Assembly: GCA_051362555.1 (NCBI GenBank)
Contig: CM120644.1
Span: 18,498,534-18,562,533 of the forward strand
Direction of reading: 5' to 3'
DNA from: Lingula anatina
Lineage: Eukaryota > Animalia > Brachiopoda
Length of the DNA: 64,000 bases
Position 1 is the first letter of the stretch. Every line of letters begins with the position of its first letter. The position numbers were made by a program, and so were the translations under genes. The notes beneath the pieces were generated by a model that searched no databases, was not told the DNA's origin, and saw only the letters and a list, made by a program, of their open reading frames with translations. Below are positions 46,171-59,280 of the stretch, piece after piece.

Positions 46171-46560
46171 TATTTCTTAAAACCGCCCTACACGTGTGTC
46201 TTAGCACTTTTACATTTACGTATAAAAACTAAAACTTCAAACATAAAATTTAGACTAACATTAATTTAAAAAAAACTTATAGGTGAAAGTTAACTAAATA
46301 TTTTCTCATTAAAAAGGATTTGAATGAAAAAAAAACAGTGATAAGAGTCATTCAGAGACACATTTGGCATGTTTATAAAATTGGACCATAAAACTGGTGC
46401 AGCAATCTCAAAACTCCTGTGACCATATGTTGTTTTAATAGTCTTTTTGGTATCATTTCGCATGAGTTGAAATTGACCACTGGAACGAAGAGTTCTAAAA
46501 GGAATTAAAAGTTCTATTAGATTGTTCATGTAAAATTGACAGTCGCCTTTTAAAGTTTGG
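46131..46560 (-). mobile_element. 3' end of an L2/CR1-group LINE with (ATT)n tail
   Basis: PFRTLRSS...KTTYGHRSFEIAAPVLWS is the typical L2 ORF2 C-terminus, followed by a short 3' UTR and (ATT)n. Confidence 0.75.
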
Positions 46561-47594
46561 AATCACGAGAGAGAGATGGAACCGATGGAGGGCACACTTG
46601 ATTGAAATAATACCAAGGGCTAATAGAAAATGAGATTAAAGTATTTGAGCCACGCTAAACTCCATTTCTCGACTTTCGTAGATCCATCACTTAATCTGTA
46701 CACTAGAGATATGTTCGGATCGATTGCCACCTTATAAACAGAATATAAACAATCTCAGAGTAGAACAAAAAGCGTTTTAGAAAATCCTAGCTGAATATGC
46801 AAAAATGAAGCGACAGATCTGGGTCACGTGGTACACTTTGAGAATCAGCTGAGCTACATGTACAATCTGAATACAGTGAAGACAGGGAATGTTGTGTTGA
46901 ACGGTTTTGCCTCAGTGTGATACCGTGAGATGTAATGCACTAAAAAAAGTAGCAAAGGCTCTGGTATTCGTTGACGATTTTCTTTGTCTGTGTCTGTGTT
47001 CTTTCATGACTTTCTTGCTAACTTCGGTGACAATAGATGTGAAGAGACTATGGTCGCCTCGAGTGGTTTAGATCATATCAAAAGCTCACAGTCTTCCAAA
47101 ATAAGGATCAGCAGTTGACAAGCTTACTAATTGCCGATGCAATTGAAATGCCAGGTAGTTGACCAAGGCAAGAGCTCGCTAGGCTAATTAAATGTGTTAA
47201 TTACACACCACCGCACTTCCCAAGCCAGGTAATGACAAGTAACTCAACCATATATATAGTATTTATTTATTAACGTGACATATGATATAGATATACAAAT
47301 CACCCGGCCTCATGGGCCTACAAGTCAACGAACTTTGTACATATATCAGAAACAAAACAAAGAGAAAAAACTATGATTAGGGTTGAAAGTTATGACTAAG
47401 CAAACACTATAATTCATAAATGTGTGTGTGAGCCAGTGTGGGGGTTGAGGGCAGTGGAGGATATGGGCGTAAAAAGATAATGTGGAAGACTGTCAGAAAA
47501 TATCCCTGGACCCGCCCCTGCTCGGCCATCGGGGATTGTGTGCACCGCTGTAATATCATCAACCGTTACCTGTACAGTATAGTACTTCTCAGTG

Positions 47595-47744
47595 TTCCTT
47601 AAGGACCTTGCACATAGCATTCCTTAAGGACCTTGCACACAACATTCCTTAAGGACCTTGCACACAACATTCCTTAAGGACCTTGCACACAACATTCCTT
47701 AAGGACCTTGCTCACAACATTCTTTAAGGACCTTACTCACAACA
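47595..47744. repeat. Minisatellite, 6 x 25 bp
   Basis: Unit TTCCTTAAGGACCTTGCACACAACA, head-to-tail with no spacers. Confidence 0.9.
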
Positions 47745-48737
47745 TCCCAGGTGTTCCCGTATTCCTTCGCTTTCACCCCCATTTTTATGGTATTTCCCGG
47801 TGGTATTGTTTTCTATAGTTAGCGATTTTGATAACAGTTTTTTTGTAGAAAAGTTTCAACTGGTTGCTGTAATCGAATATTTCATACATTTTTTGCTAAA
47901 GAAACGTCAAATTGGCCACTTAGTTATTTGTTCCAGAGATACATGCATCTGATGTCATGTACATGTAGATCGAACGACGTGTGTGTGTGTGTGTGTGTGC
48001 GTGCGTGTGCGCGTGCGTGCGTGTCCCGACAGAGCAGAGCAATCCCCCCAGCCACATTTTTGCCTATCCACTCGATGCATCAAAAAGGGATCACCCATTG
48101 AGAGTGCAATCAAGTTTATGACATGATTATGTGCAGATTAAATGTCTGTCATAGTAGAAAAGTCCATTCCCGTCCACTGAAATATTTATGAAGCTATAGT
48201 AGAAATACACGTGTCCTTGGCGGATAGCGAGTGGTTGGCGACACGATATTGTGGGTTGGTTGTTAGTCATCAGAAACGATTGGTTCGATTTATAAATATT
48301 CCCGTATGTCCCTTGTGACACAAAACCAGGCTTAAAAGTTGTGTCTGTACACTACAAACACAGGTGGATGATATATAAAGACAATGCTTCTTGTTGGAGG
48401 ATACGGATCATCACCCATTTCAATATTTGTCCTCCGCTACATTTTAATATAGCCATCGGCTCAAATTTAGTAGCGACGTGACTACAGACGGTGTTCGTGT
48501 TTTTCTGGTTTAGCAGGAAAGAGCGCTTCCTCTGTACTGTCAGCCAGTGACGCAAGGCTTGTCAATATTCTATGAGGAAAAGTGTCATTGTTTTCATTAT
48601 TGCTGTTGCATTTGATATATAGCAAAATTCTAGGGAATTCAAGGAGTATCAAAGCTCGAATTGTGACAATTGGTGTCAGTTTCAATTGGCCAGGATACGT
48701 CTCAAAACGGTTTCAAAGTTCTTTTTATTTGCCAAAC

Positions 48738-48902
48738 GTATATAAAACATATCTGCTGATTATCTGGCACATTTCAACGTCGACTGGCAGAATAATATTC
48801 AAATTGCGGAGATTAGCTTATCAAAAAGGCTAGAAGTCGAGACCGAACAAGACTGCAGGACCGGGGCAGAGTATACTAGAGGATAACAGCACAAACAGCC
48901 AG
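48738..48902 (+). promoter_or_regulatory. Candidate TATA promoter and non-coding first exon of the peptide-precursor gene
   Basis: TATATAAAA at about 48740 and donor-like CAG|GTAAAT at 48902/48903. The ATG exon at 53272 begins with an acceptor, so an upstream exon is implied. The link is inferred. Confidence 0.35.
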
Positions 48903-49609
48903 GTAAATATATCGCTCTAGGTTTTCATGTGTTATGTCCTGTGTAGGCGTGAAGTTTCTTTCCTAGTTCAATACCATGTGGGCAAAGACAAAGGGAAAAG
49001 GCACCTTTCGACCCAGGGGCGGATCCAGGATTATTCGAAAGGGGGAGGGGGTGGCGCGGATGCAAACCCGACCCTTCCCCACCTACTTGGCGTGGGGGTT
49101 TAAGGCCCTTCATCGGGTCCAGAAAAATTTTGGTGTTTTAGAGAGTAAACGGTTCCATTTTGTACGGTTTATAACTATGATTTAGCTAGTCAAAATTCTA
49201 ATTTTAAGAGGGGACCATTGGTGTGATTTTTTTCAGAAATCGCAGGGGGGGGGGGGTGTCAAGACCCCTGACACACCCCCTAAATCTGCCATATGCACCA
49301 ATTACTACTGTTGTACGCTTGCAGAATAAGTGAAATTATATAAGATAACAACCGCTGTTATTGTGAATATGGCGACTATTGTGTTATGCCACATAAATCC
49401 CAAAACCTCAATGCAGTTGCCATCGTAGCATCCATCTGGCTGGTAAATAAGTACACAAATGATAGCCCGAAAATGCAATACCGAAATGTAGCGATTTTGT
49501 TGGCTTTTGCGTAATGGCTTTCTTTGAGACTTCAATAGTCTCTCTCCAGTTAAACATTACATTTTAAGCAAAGATAAAGGTTATCAGACGATTAAAAATA
49601 AGTGTCTTA

Positions 49610-49944
49610 GGTCCCATTCAGAATGGATTATTCGAGTACTTACTGATCCGCCGACTAAATATAAGTTTATTGAGCACTAAATGATATGAATACACAATTA
49701 CAAAATATGGCCGACCACAGTTCAAAAGCGATGTTGCTGATTCCTGGTGGTCTCCCCGACTCCACACGCGCCTTAAAACGGATTTAATCTCTGCTCCGAA
49801 GTTTAATTGCTAGGCCCCTGCAGCGACGGCGCGTGTGGAGGCGGGGAGACCATCAGGAATGAGCGACATCGCTTTTGAACTGTGGTCGGCCATATTTAGT
49901 CGGCGGAACAGTAAGTTCTCGGATCATCCATTCTTAATTGGGCC
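49610..49944. mobile_element. Long hairpin MITE (family B relative) with TTA TSD
   Basis: tta|GGTCCCATTCAGAATGGAT...ATCCATTCTTAATTGGGCC|tta. The core resembles 10490-10605. Confidence 0.8.
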
Positions 49945-50303
49945 TTAGTTCAATAAAAGGAGTGCCCAGATGTGCACTCCCCAGGTTGTTGTTTGGAGGC
50001 AGACGGGACACCTACAGGTACTGGTCAAGAAAATGTGCGATGCATGCGTGTGTACGTGTGTGTGTGTGTGTACGTGTGTGTGTGTTTGTGTGTGTATTTG
50101 TGTGTTTGTGTATGTGAATGTGTGTGCGTGCGTGCGTGTGTGTGTGCTTGTGTGCGTGCGTGCGTGCAAGTACGTGCGTGTGTGTGTGTGTGAGAGAGAG
50201 AGGGGATCTCTATATTACAAAATTCTAATGAAAAGACCATATTTTAGGATAGGAATAATAATCAACTGTAGAAATAAGGACCTCATCTATGTGGAAACAC
50301 CAA

Positions 50304-50519
50304 GGGCTCATTCCCATTGAAGCGATCTTTCCAATAAGATAGATCCAACTCCGCGGGGACTCTCGCTGAATGCAAAACGCGTATAATCACCAGCTTTTCT
50401 GTATTGAACGCAACGTCAGGAGGAGGCGTGTTTATCTGTTAAACTGACTGCATTCAGCGTGAGTCCCTGCGGAGTTGGATCGATCTACGTAGACCGAAAG
50501 TTTCAATGGGAATGAGCCC
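50304..50519. mobile_element. MITE related to family A
   Basis: 18-bp TIR GGGCTCATTCCCATTGAA and internal gatccaactccgc inverted arms. Confidence 0.75.
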
Positions 50520-51294
50520 AAAGACTGGTCCTGGCATGTAAATAACATTCAGCGGGTTTCACTTCACTTTACAAGTTGACTTGCAGCTGCGTGGGCCAAT
50601 CATAATATTAATGCGTCTGATTGACCGTGCGTTTAGGAGACTAGATTACGTAACAATCGAGCCATTAAGTTGTCAATCCCCCTTGGGCTTTGCACACAGA
50701 TAAAGAGGAACTCGAACTTCGAAATTTTGGCTTTGGTGGTTTTTTTTTTACCTTGATCACCGATAAAAAGGGCATCAAGACCTTTGTAAAAACGATTCCG
50801 TTGTAGGAGCAATAACATCAATTCCCTGTTGACTTAGCTTCATAGTGAGATATTCTTGAGACATCAAAATCTGAATGTCGACACCGTTTTCTAAGCCTAA
50901 CACGACATTTTCCAATCAAACGTCGTCTTGCGTTTTGCCGTCTAGCTGTGGCTTTTGGTACTACATGTATAAAGGCACAAAGACAAATGTACTACAAGAT
51001 TACACAAGACACCGAGTGTGACTATGTCATTAATGTTTACAAATTGCAAGTCAAGTTTTCTATTCTTTAGTTCAAATAGTTCTCAGGTTAACGAAAATTT
51101 GAATACTGTAAAACCTTGTTCAACACTGAGGAGAAGAGGTGGTTTTTGCAGGATTGCCTCGACACTACTTGGCATCATGGTGTAGGATGTTGTGTTTGGC
51201 TTGGTTTTCCTCCAGACACTCCAGTACTTAAAAAAGGGTTTTGTGGTTAATATGGGTGTTAGTGCTAAAAGATCTGCGAGTAGTGTTAGTAAAC

Positions 51295-51607
51295 CAGGCC
51301 TACCCAACTACCAGACTCGGCACCGAATGATCCTGAATTCACCGGTATATCAGACCACACTACCCGTTTTCAAGGTGTGAGTCAGTACGCATTACACAGT
51401 ATCATACCCTGAACAAATTTTGAGTGGTGATGCAATGCTTTTCAACCCCGCTGAGAATCGTCACTATCACATCGCGTACTAGGCAAGAGCGGTGTCGCGT
51501 CTGATACTGTGAAATGCTAATACACACCTTGAAAACGGGTAGTGTGGTCCGATTTACCGGTGAATTCAGGATCATTCGGTGCCGAGTCTGGTAGTTGGGT
51601 AGGCCTG
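51295..51607. mobile_element. MITE with roughly 110-bp TIRs (CAGGCCTACCCAAC...)
   Basis: Near-perfect inverted arms at about 51295-51408 and 51500-51607; no clear TSD. Confidence 0.75.
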
Positions 51608-53302
51608 AAAACACCTAATCCGTTTATAAGGCCTGAACCCAAAACTTTGTACAGGTTAGAGGCAGTATACAGCACTGGAAACTTGATGTGAACATTGTGT
51701 TTTATTTTCTACTCCAGCTGTAGCAGCGACAGTTTTTTCGTCAAAATAAGCTACATGTTCCATTATCTTGCTATAAATCAAAAATTTTTATTTTGACGTT
51801 TGTATGGGTAACCACGCAACAGGGTTATTGACGCCTTCTTTTTAGGTAATAATGATGATAAATTATTCAGCTTATATATTACATGTCAGTAACGGCGTTT
51901 TTATCGACCTGTATATTTTTCAAGGCAGCCAAAACCGACTGATTGAAAACATGTCTGTAGTATGCAGGAGAAATAATCCCCTTTGTTTTTCTCATTACTG
52001 CGCTTACCTACCGGTTTCTACGCCATGATAAATAAACCGACAATCGAAAGTGTAACATATAACTCTTACGTAAGAATGAATATGGCCATATCAGTAATTT
52101 ACGAAATTGTTTGATGAATCGTTTTCAAACACTGCAGATAAAATGTGTGCCAGGTAGGACATTTACCAGTACAAATGTACCAGTGATAGCAATTTAGGTA
52201 CTCTCATTCTGAATTGATCTACAGAGATCTGACCAAGTGCAAAGTTTGATAGGAAAACAGTATGGTTTTGTCATTTATAACCGATATATGACTTACCTTA
52301 AGGGAGCCTTTTACAGCCACTAGCATATATACAGTCTACAGTCTTTTAAGACCATCGTTGACAACCACGAGTTTCTCACTAAACAACAGTAGTGGGATTT
52401 ATGAATTTTCATCCTGCATATATAGGCATACTGGTGCAAGTACACGATACAAAACCACGATCTTATTGCTAATATCATGAATGTTCAGTATCATAAATCG
52501 ACTAAAACTACTCAGTCTTCAATTAAAAAAAACAGCAGTATTACAATAATGCTTGGGGATAAAATGCTTTTATAAGAAAAACATTAAAACTTAAAAATGA
52601 ATTTCTTTTTTAAATTATTTGACACCTTTTAAATGTAAGTCTACGAAAATAGGTCACTGAGTTTAACGTAATTGCAGTCAAGCGTAGTAATACAAAACTC
52701 GGGAGATAAGGTGATGGGTCGTTTGTTACAAACAAGGAAGATACGATGCCTCAATAACAGCTGAAATCAATGTTATACCATGTGGTTGAAAATCATGACA
52801 TTGATAACAAAAACCATCTGACGTTTTCCAGCCGCTGTCAGAAAACATGAACATGTACTGTAGTTAAACCTCGAATATCTTGTCAGGTGGATTTTGGAGT
52901 GCTGATTTCTGTATCACATGCCTCCAAGTTTTGTGCCTAGTATCTTATAAAAGAAAAAACGATAGTTAAGCATAAGAAATGCCCCAAACGGCCCTATTTA
53001 AAATATCTATTATTATTATTATTATTATTATTATTATGGACAATTATAACCTTTCAAAGTTGTAGATTATAAATGTACATTGCAATGTTATTGTAAAAAA
53101 TATAATAATTTTTGACGCCTGCCGATTTATTATCCATCATGTTTTTTTCTTTTTTTTTTCATTTGTGGACTTCTTCGAATACAAATTAAAATTAAAATGA
53201 AGACTACAAAGATCTACAAATGCGTACACTTTGCAGCATTGTATTATTACAAGCAGTTTCTTTCTTTTTAGGGTAATTGCTTCCTTTCATGTGAAGAAGA
53301 GC

Positions 53303-53438
53303 ATGAAGACTACCATTTCAACAAAGATAGCCAAGGCCCTGATATTGATCGTATTAGTAGGTGGGTGAGAGCATGTTCTCGAGCTATTATGCCAAATTGT
53401 CAATTTATTATTTATAATCTTTCGCTTTAGGTTAAACA

Positions 53439-53481
<43 letters not shown>

Positions 53482-53551
53482 AGTGGATTGTTATTCCTAT
53501 CGTAAAATATGGTCTTTTCATTAGATTTTTGTAATATATAGACCCTCTCTC

Positions 53552-53582
<31 letters not shown>

Positions 53583-54373
53583 CCAATAATGTGTTCAGTG
53601 TGCCAATGAGAAACCTCTGTTACCTAACATAATAGTTTCAAAAGAAGAAAATACTTCGTAAATGAATATTTTATGGCTTCACTTTGTTTTCATCTGCATC
53701 ATTCATTCTTTCATCCTTTTCTCCACCTCGAACTTGTCCCACACGTCAATCTGTCCTCAGTTTTTGCCTGGTTATCTTTCATTTTTCTTTGCCTTTCTCC
53801 TTACCTGCCTTTACCGCACTCTAGATATGCTTTTCAGTAATACCCTTTTAATACTTTTAGGTGACATCAGCGCCCGGTACATCACAGACAAGGATTGGCT
53901 ATATAATTTGGGCTCTCCAAACACCAACGGTCGCCGCCATCTTGGGGTCAGTGACCGGGCGGCCATTCCCCCAGGTCAAAATAAGCTGTTTTTGCTGCTC
54001 GATACGCCACAGTATCAATTGGCAAGAAGAGACCGGCGTTTGCCAGACTATAATGAAGACTACACCGATGAAAGTGTCTATAATCAATTAGTTGACTATG
54101 ATGCTCCCTTGAGTGGACAGGAACTACCGGATACATATGGCGAACTGGGGCCAGAGGAAAATGCCATATCTGACAATGCCTATGGATATTTGCAGCGTCT
54201 TAAGCCCTATTTCAGGGTCAAAGGATGGAGCCGTCCTAAATGCCAAGACAGCCCCGTGCCGGGATGTGTTGGTCCAGTGTTAGAGAATAGCGTCGTTGGT
54301 GTGTTATCACCAAAATCCCCAAATAAGCGCAAACCTCAGTGTTCATCTTTTAACTGTCGAAAGAATAAAAAGA

Positions 54374-54381
<8 letters not shown>
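53303..54381 (+). CDS. Secreted prepropeptide (neuropeptide/peptide-hormone precursor-like), 192 aa, two coding exons
   Basis: Exon 53303-53360 (MKTTISTKIAKALILIVLV) splices in phase 1 to 53861-54381 (GDISA/RYITD...). Contains GRR, RRDRR and KR basic sites, an acidic Tyr-rich spacer and two C-terminal Cys pairs. Confidence 0.75.
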
Positions 54382-54408
<27 letters not shown>

Positions 54409-54421
54409 CGGACTGGCAACT

Positions 54422-55030
54422 TACGGGAAACCGAAGCTACCAGTAATTGGCCTAGTTAGACACTTTTGACCTTGGAGAGCAGGTTTTTAATGAACGAAAA
54501 CGAATAATAATTTTTCGTTTTAAAAGAAACTAACAAATTCAGTCTTAAACTTGTAGTTATTTCACAAACCGTTGACTTTGATTTAACAATGGTCTTTTGC
54601 TCTGTTGCGCGCATGGATTGTGGTCTATACGAGGGTCCAACTTGCCCCAAGTCAAGGGGCCAAACTAGTGCACATTTTTAATCTAAAGTGTTGCAGCCAT
54701 TTTTGGTGCTAGAATGGACTACGATGATACATTTCTGTGAAACTTGAAACAGTGAGCTTCAGTTTGATGCTTCATATATACATCCGATCAAAAGCCTATG
54801 AAAATAGATTTTAAAATTTCTTAAATAAAGTTACTTTAAAATGCAGAATTCTTTCATTTGGACTCACTGCCTAAATAAAACTTTTGTACGACCGATGCTT
54901 TCTTAGCATTACTGGATAAGGTCACTTTACAAAATGATGTGATAATTTTTTTTTACCCCGAACTTACTTTTTCATAAATTGACGGGGGGCCAACTTATAC
55001 CGGGGTCCAACTAACCCCGGCCTTCCCTAT
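54422..55030. mobile_element. Probable non-autonomous Tc1/pogo-like element just downstream of the precursor stop codon
   Basis: Right end ...ccaacttataccggggtccaactaaccccggccttccc|ta with repeated ccaact motifs; the left end tacgggaaaccg matches only partly. Confidence 0.4.
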
Positions 55031-57028
55031 ATCGTGACCTCGTGCATTTACACCCTTTTTGCATCGAGTAGTACACTCAGTCGATTTTGAGAGGTCTTAC
55101 ACGTAATCAAGCTACAGGAATTGTTAGTCCATTTCGTAGGTTTTCCTCAAGTGAGCATTTTGCTGTTTTAGTTAATTGGTCATGTTGCACATGGGCACTA
55201 GTGTCCGTTTAGGTGACTCTCTTACAGCGTATTCAAATCAGCGGTCTTCCTGGCATGCTCTTGAGCCTGCTTTTGTCACAGATAATTTCTTAAATTTATT
55301 TTTTTTTGTGTTTTCTTCTATCATTAAATAGACATGATTGTATTATGCGGTACAATTCTAGCAATTTAATTTTTTGAAAAGATATGCAAAACGTCAGTCT
55401 TGAATCGTCCAGAATAAAGATTTATACATTTTCAAGGTATTTCTTCAACCTTTTTTGTGATGCAAATAAAGAAATTTGTTTTATGAGGACTTTAATTTAA
55501 TTTACCTATTTTTTTACAGATTGGTGGATGTTCATTTAATACATAGTTTCGTTTCATGCACATAATTGTCTAAGGCATCCTTAGATGTGCCCCATACTAA
55601 AACACATTTAACAATCAGACAAAATATTTCTATAGTGTTTGGTCTTCCTGCTGGCAGAAAAAGAGAAAATTTTAGTATGGCATCGTTTTAAAGAGTAAAA
55701 AAAGGATGTCAGTAATAATATGATGCACAGATACGGGATCCGACAGTATATTTTGAATTTGTCAAGGCTCTGATGACGTGAACACAAAATTGTAAAAACT
55801 TTGGCAGCGCACGGGCAGTGAGGACATCCGGAGACCCTTTCCACAAACACACGAGGCCTGTGTCACAAAACGCCTTGGTAAAAACTGAGTAAATTGGGAC
55901 AAAGTGAAGAGTGTTCAAATCTTGCAGTGGTCCATGTGGAAAAAAATTTAAATGATTTTGGCAGTAGAATGAAACAGCCTCGACCAATATCTGACGTAAC
56001 TAATTAGCTACTTAATCATCGAAGAGAATTCATCTTTGTGATCTGCTTTCCATGCAAACAAAGCAAGCTAGGGCACATGTATATATAACACTTAGCGTGA
56101 TGTGCAGACCATTATATACAGGAGAAAATGCCTCTCATCTTCAACAGTGGCAGATCCAGAGATATGTTCTGACAGTTTTCAAAATTGTCTTTGTTCATCC
56201 ATCCTCCATTTTTGACCATCTTACGACATAAAAAAAATTAGATGCCAGTCAGTGTAACTTGAAAAAAATTCTGACCGTCTTCGGGAAGACCCAGAAGACG
56301 GCCTCCGTCCGCGCCTGTACTATATCCAAATTTTAGTGTGGGCAGCACCTATTCCTTCTACATATCTGCCCCTGTCCATCGCAATTCTGTTGTCATTTAA
56401 TCTGAATTTTGCTAAAAACTTATTATATGTGGATTTTCAGTGCCAAACATTTCTCTGATTCAAATGTTTTTCTCGCTGTTTTATGTTTTAAAATTGCTTC
56501 GCTATCTCGATAATACGAATAATTCTTCCCCAAACTGTTTTTAAAACGATCGATTTATTTTTGGGTTCTAGGTTTGTGGAGTTATCAAAACTTTTGGATG
56601 TGATTCCCATGCCATTAGGATTGATTAGCGGGTTTATTGTATTACATTTCGTTCATGTTCAAGGTTACGCCCGACACTACATAGCTTTTTTTGTCAATTG
56701 TGTCGATTTCACGTACTGAGCAACAACCTGATTTAAATTTTATAAAATCAGTCGCAACAAAGTAATTTTGTGCTTGAAAGATTGAAAGATGAAAGATGCA
56801 TATAAAGTCAATTTTCTTCACCACAAAAGCCAACCAAATGCCAGCATATAGTTTCAAATAGTATAACTAAGAGAATTACCAAAAGACATTGTTTAATATT
56901 ACCCGAAAATTATATTTGAACGGAATTTTTCTGCTAGCTTTCTATACTTTATATAAATGTGGGAGAAAAGTAGTTCAGATAAGTAGGTTAAATTTCTGAT
57001 CAAAAATTTAAAGAAAGGAGCAGTCTAA

Positions 57029-57285
57029 GGCTTCGTTCACATGCAATGTCTATTTTCTAAATTCTATTTTCTATTCGCGCTATCTTATGATCACGGTCTG
57101 TGCACTGAATATCCCGCCGCGTAATTACTGGCAGCGCGAGCCAGTTACTTATAGTAACTTATAGTAACTGGCTCGCGCTGCCAGTAATTACACCGCGGGA
57201 TATTCAGTGCACAGACCGTGATCATAAGACATACCGCGAATAGAAAATAGAATTTAGAAAATAGACATTGCATGTGAACGAAGCC
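57029..57285. mobile_element. Near-perfect 257-bp palindromic MITE (Harbinger-like, TAA/TTA flanks)
   Basis: GGCTTCGTTCACATGCAATG...CATTGCATGTGAACGAAGCC, arms about 120 bp with few mismatches. Confidence 0.85.
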
Positions 57286-59280
57286 TTAAGCTCATCGAGT
57301 GATTTATTCAGTTTATCCCTTGGCATGTCGAATTTATTTGAGTCATATAAGAAACGTGTAGAAGTGGTTTATATGTGTTACTGAGAATCCACGCTCCACC
57401 TCAGTTCATATGTACCTGTAAAAACGCTTAATTGACTGCTTTAATAGCGAAAAAAAAGGTGTGACATTGACTGGTATGTCTGTCTCAACAACAATTGTGC
57501 TTTAACCATCACACCAAAGGCAATCTTAACACATTTCTATCTCTACCTTGGGTCAGTTTTGTTCACTTAAAAATAGTTATAGTTTATTCATCAATGAAAA
57601 GATTTGATATACAAAATAAAAATTAAGTATTGTCATTAACAACAATAAAAACATCGAACAAGCACCACTTATGGTTCATGAATAATATAACATATTATCA
57701 GAAGTTGAAATCAAGTTCCAATTCATTTATTCAGTATTTCAGGCCTACAAGCCAAGAGTACATCACTATTAAAAATACATTTGCAGCCTATTAGCTTAAA
57801 AAAGACTAACACCCCTGATATTTTAGCTATATGTTGGTCATATATTAGAGATAAAATTGCATTTTTCAGGTCTGAAATGCTTTTTCAGAGAGGTAAAATA
57901 ATATGAATTTTTGCACAATTTCTGATATTTTATAAGGGCACCGAAAATTTTTTATATTTGAGAGGGCGAACAGTGCCATTTGGTACGGTTTAAAACTATG
58001 ATTCAGCTAGAGCGCTGAAGTTAGTGTCTAGTTTCTAGTTTTCAGTTTCGTTTTTCAAAAACGAACCTGGCAACCAGAAACTTTGTTTCGTTTTTCAAAA
58101 ACGACTCTGGCAACCAGAAACTAGTTTCGTTTTTCAAAAACGATTCTGGCATCCAGAAACTAGTGTCGTTTTTCAAAAACGATTCTCAGAAGTCAGAATC
58201 AGTTTTACAGAGAATGTAACCGTCTTTCCGTGCCGTGCTAGGAGGCCGAGTTGACCGCCGCTACCAGTCACAGGCAGCCTGCATAGCGGAAGCTGGGATT
58301 GGAGTTTAGGTGGGGCTGGGGCTGAGGGTGGGGGTGGGTAAATAAGGGAGAGGGTAAAAAGGGGGAAGGGGCCCCCGGGGCCTCCCTTTGTAGTTTGAAA
58401 TATAATTTTCAAGTTTATTAAATTTTAAAAAATCGATTCTAAATGGTGGATGAGGGGGATAAGGGACCCCCCATCCGTCTGGGATCTCCCCTAAGTAGTA
58501 TGAAGTATAATTTTTAATTTCATTGAATTTTTCAAAAACGATTCTAATGCCCAGAGGCCAGTGTCGTTTTTTGAAAAACGATTCTGGCAACAAGAAACCA
58601 GTGTCGTTTTACAATAAGTGTGTACCCTAAATTGTTTTTAAGATGACTTAAGCATTAGGTGGCAAACGCCTCTCCATTAAAGAGATAACAACTGTTCGTT
58701 TTGGCCAAAAAATTGATATCCCGGAATAAACAACAATTTTTCTACATTCAAAGCTCGCCTCTGTTTTTTTTTTTCTAAAAAGTTTGTGAAATATAGATCC
58801 CATACTAAGAGTTATTATCTCCTAAAATGAAACTGCTTTGGAGAACAACTGTCGTTTGAGAAGTTCAAAATTGACATTTCAATTTTTGTTGGGTCATCAC
58901 AGTCAGCTTTTTGTTCCAATGCTTACTGTTATCAATATGGTTATGTTTATTTTAGTCTGTTTCCTCTACTTTCGTGAGGAAGATTACACTTCCGCGTAAG
59001 TTGTACTTGCTGTTGTCGCTTTTAGTATTAATAATGAGTTTGTCAACTTATTCATTATGTCTTTGTTATCGATGTTTAAGTAATTGTGTCGTTTACCGTG
59101 CTTAGAATGTTAATTTTTAAGACATTCTTCACCTAACATTATGTAGCGATTTGGGGGAGAAAACACTCTACCGACTAAACAATTATTTCTTCGTTTTTAT
59201 GTGATAATACATGAGGTTTTTAAGTTAGGGCAACTTGATTTTTATTGTATTAATAATCGTTATGTGCACTCCTTTTGCAG

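Noticed and set aside
47595-47744. Repeats containing the palindrome TCCTTAAGGA resembling a CRISPR array
   Set aside because: Units are head-to-tail with no unique spacers, in eukaryotic DNA with no cas genes: a minisatellite.
49945-50320. His/Thr- and Cys/Val-rich ORFs (also 28220-28574, 30604-30816, 15238-15531)
   Set aside because: Translations of (CA/GT)n or (TA)n microsatellites.
51192-51614. Two ORFs sharing GLPNYQTRHRMILNSPV
   Set aside because: Opposite arms of one MITE.
53662-53860. Hydrophobic N-terminus of the 239-aa ORF suggesting a membrane protein
   Set aside because: It is pyrimidine-rich intron ending in a clear acceptor at 53860; the true signal peptide is in exon 53303-53360.
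54380-54408. A-run right after the precursor stop codon suggesting a retrocopy
   Set aside because: The gene retains an intron; no upstream poly(A) signal or TSD; A-runs are common in this window.
58040-58200. 33-35-bp repeats resembling CRISPR or iterons
   Set aside because: Mirrored at 62850-63010; these are subterminal repeats of the TIR element.
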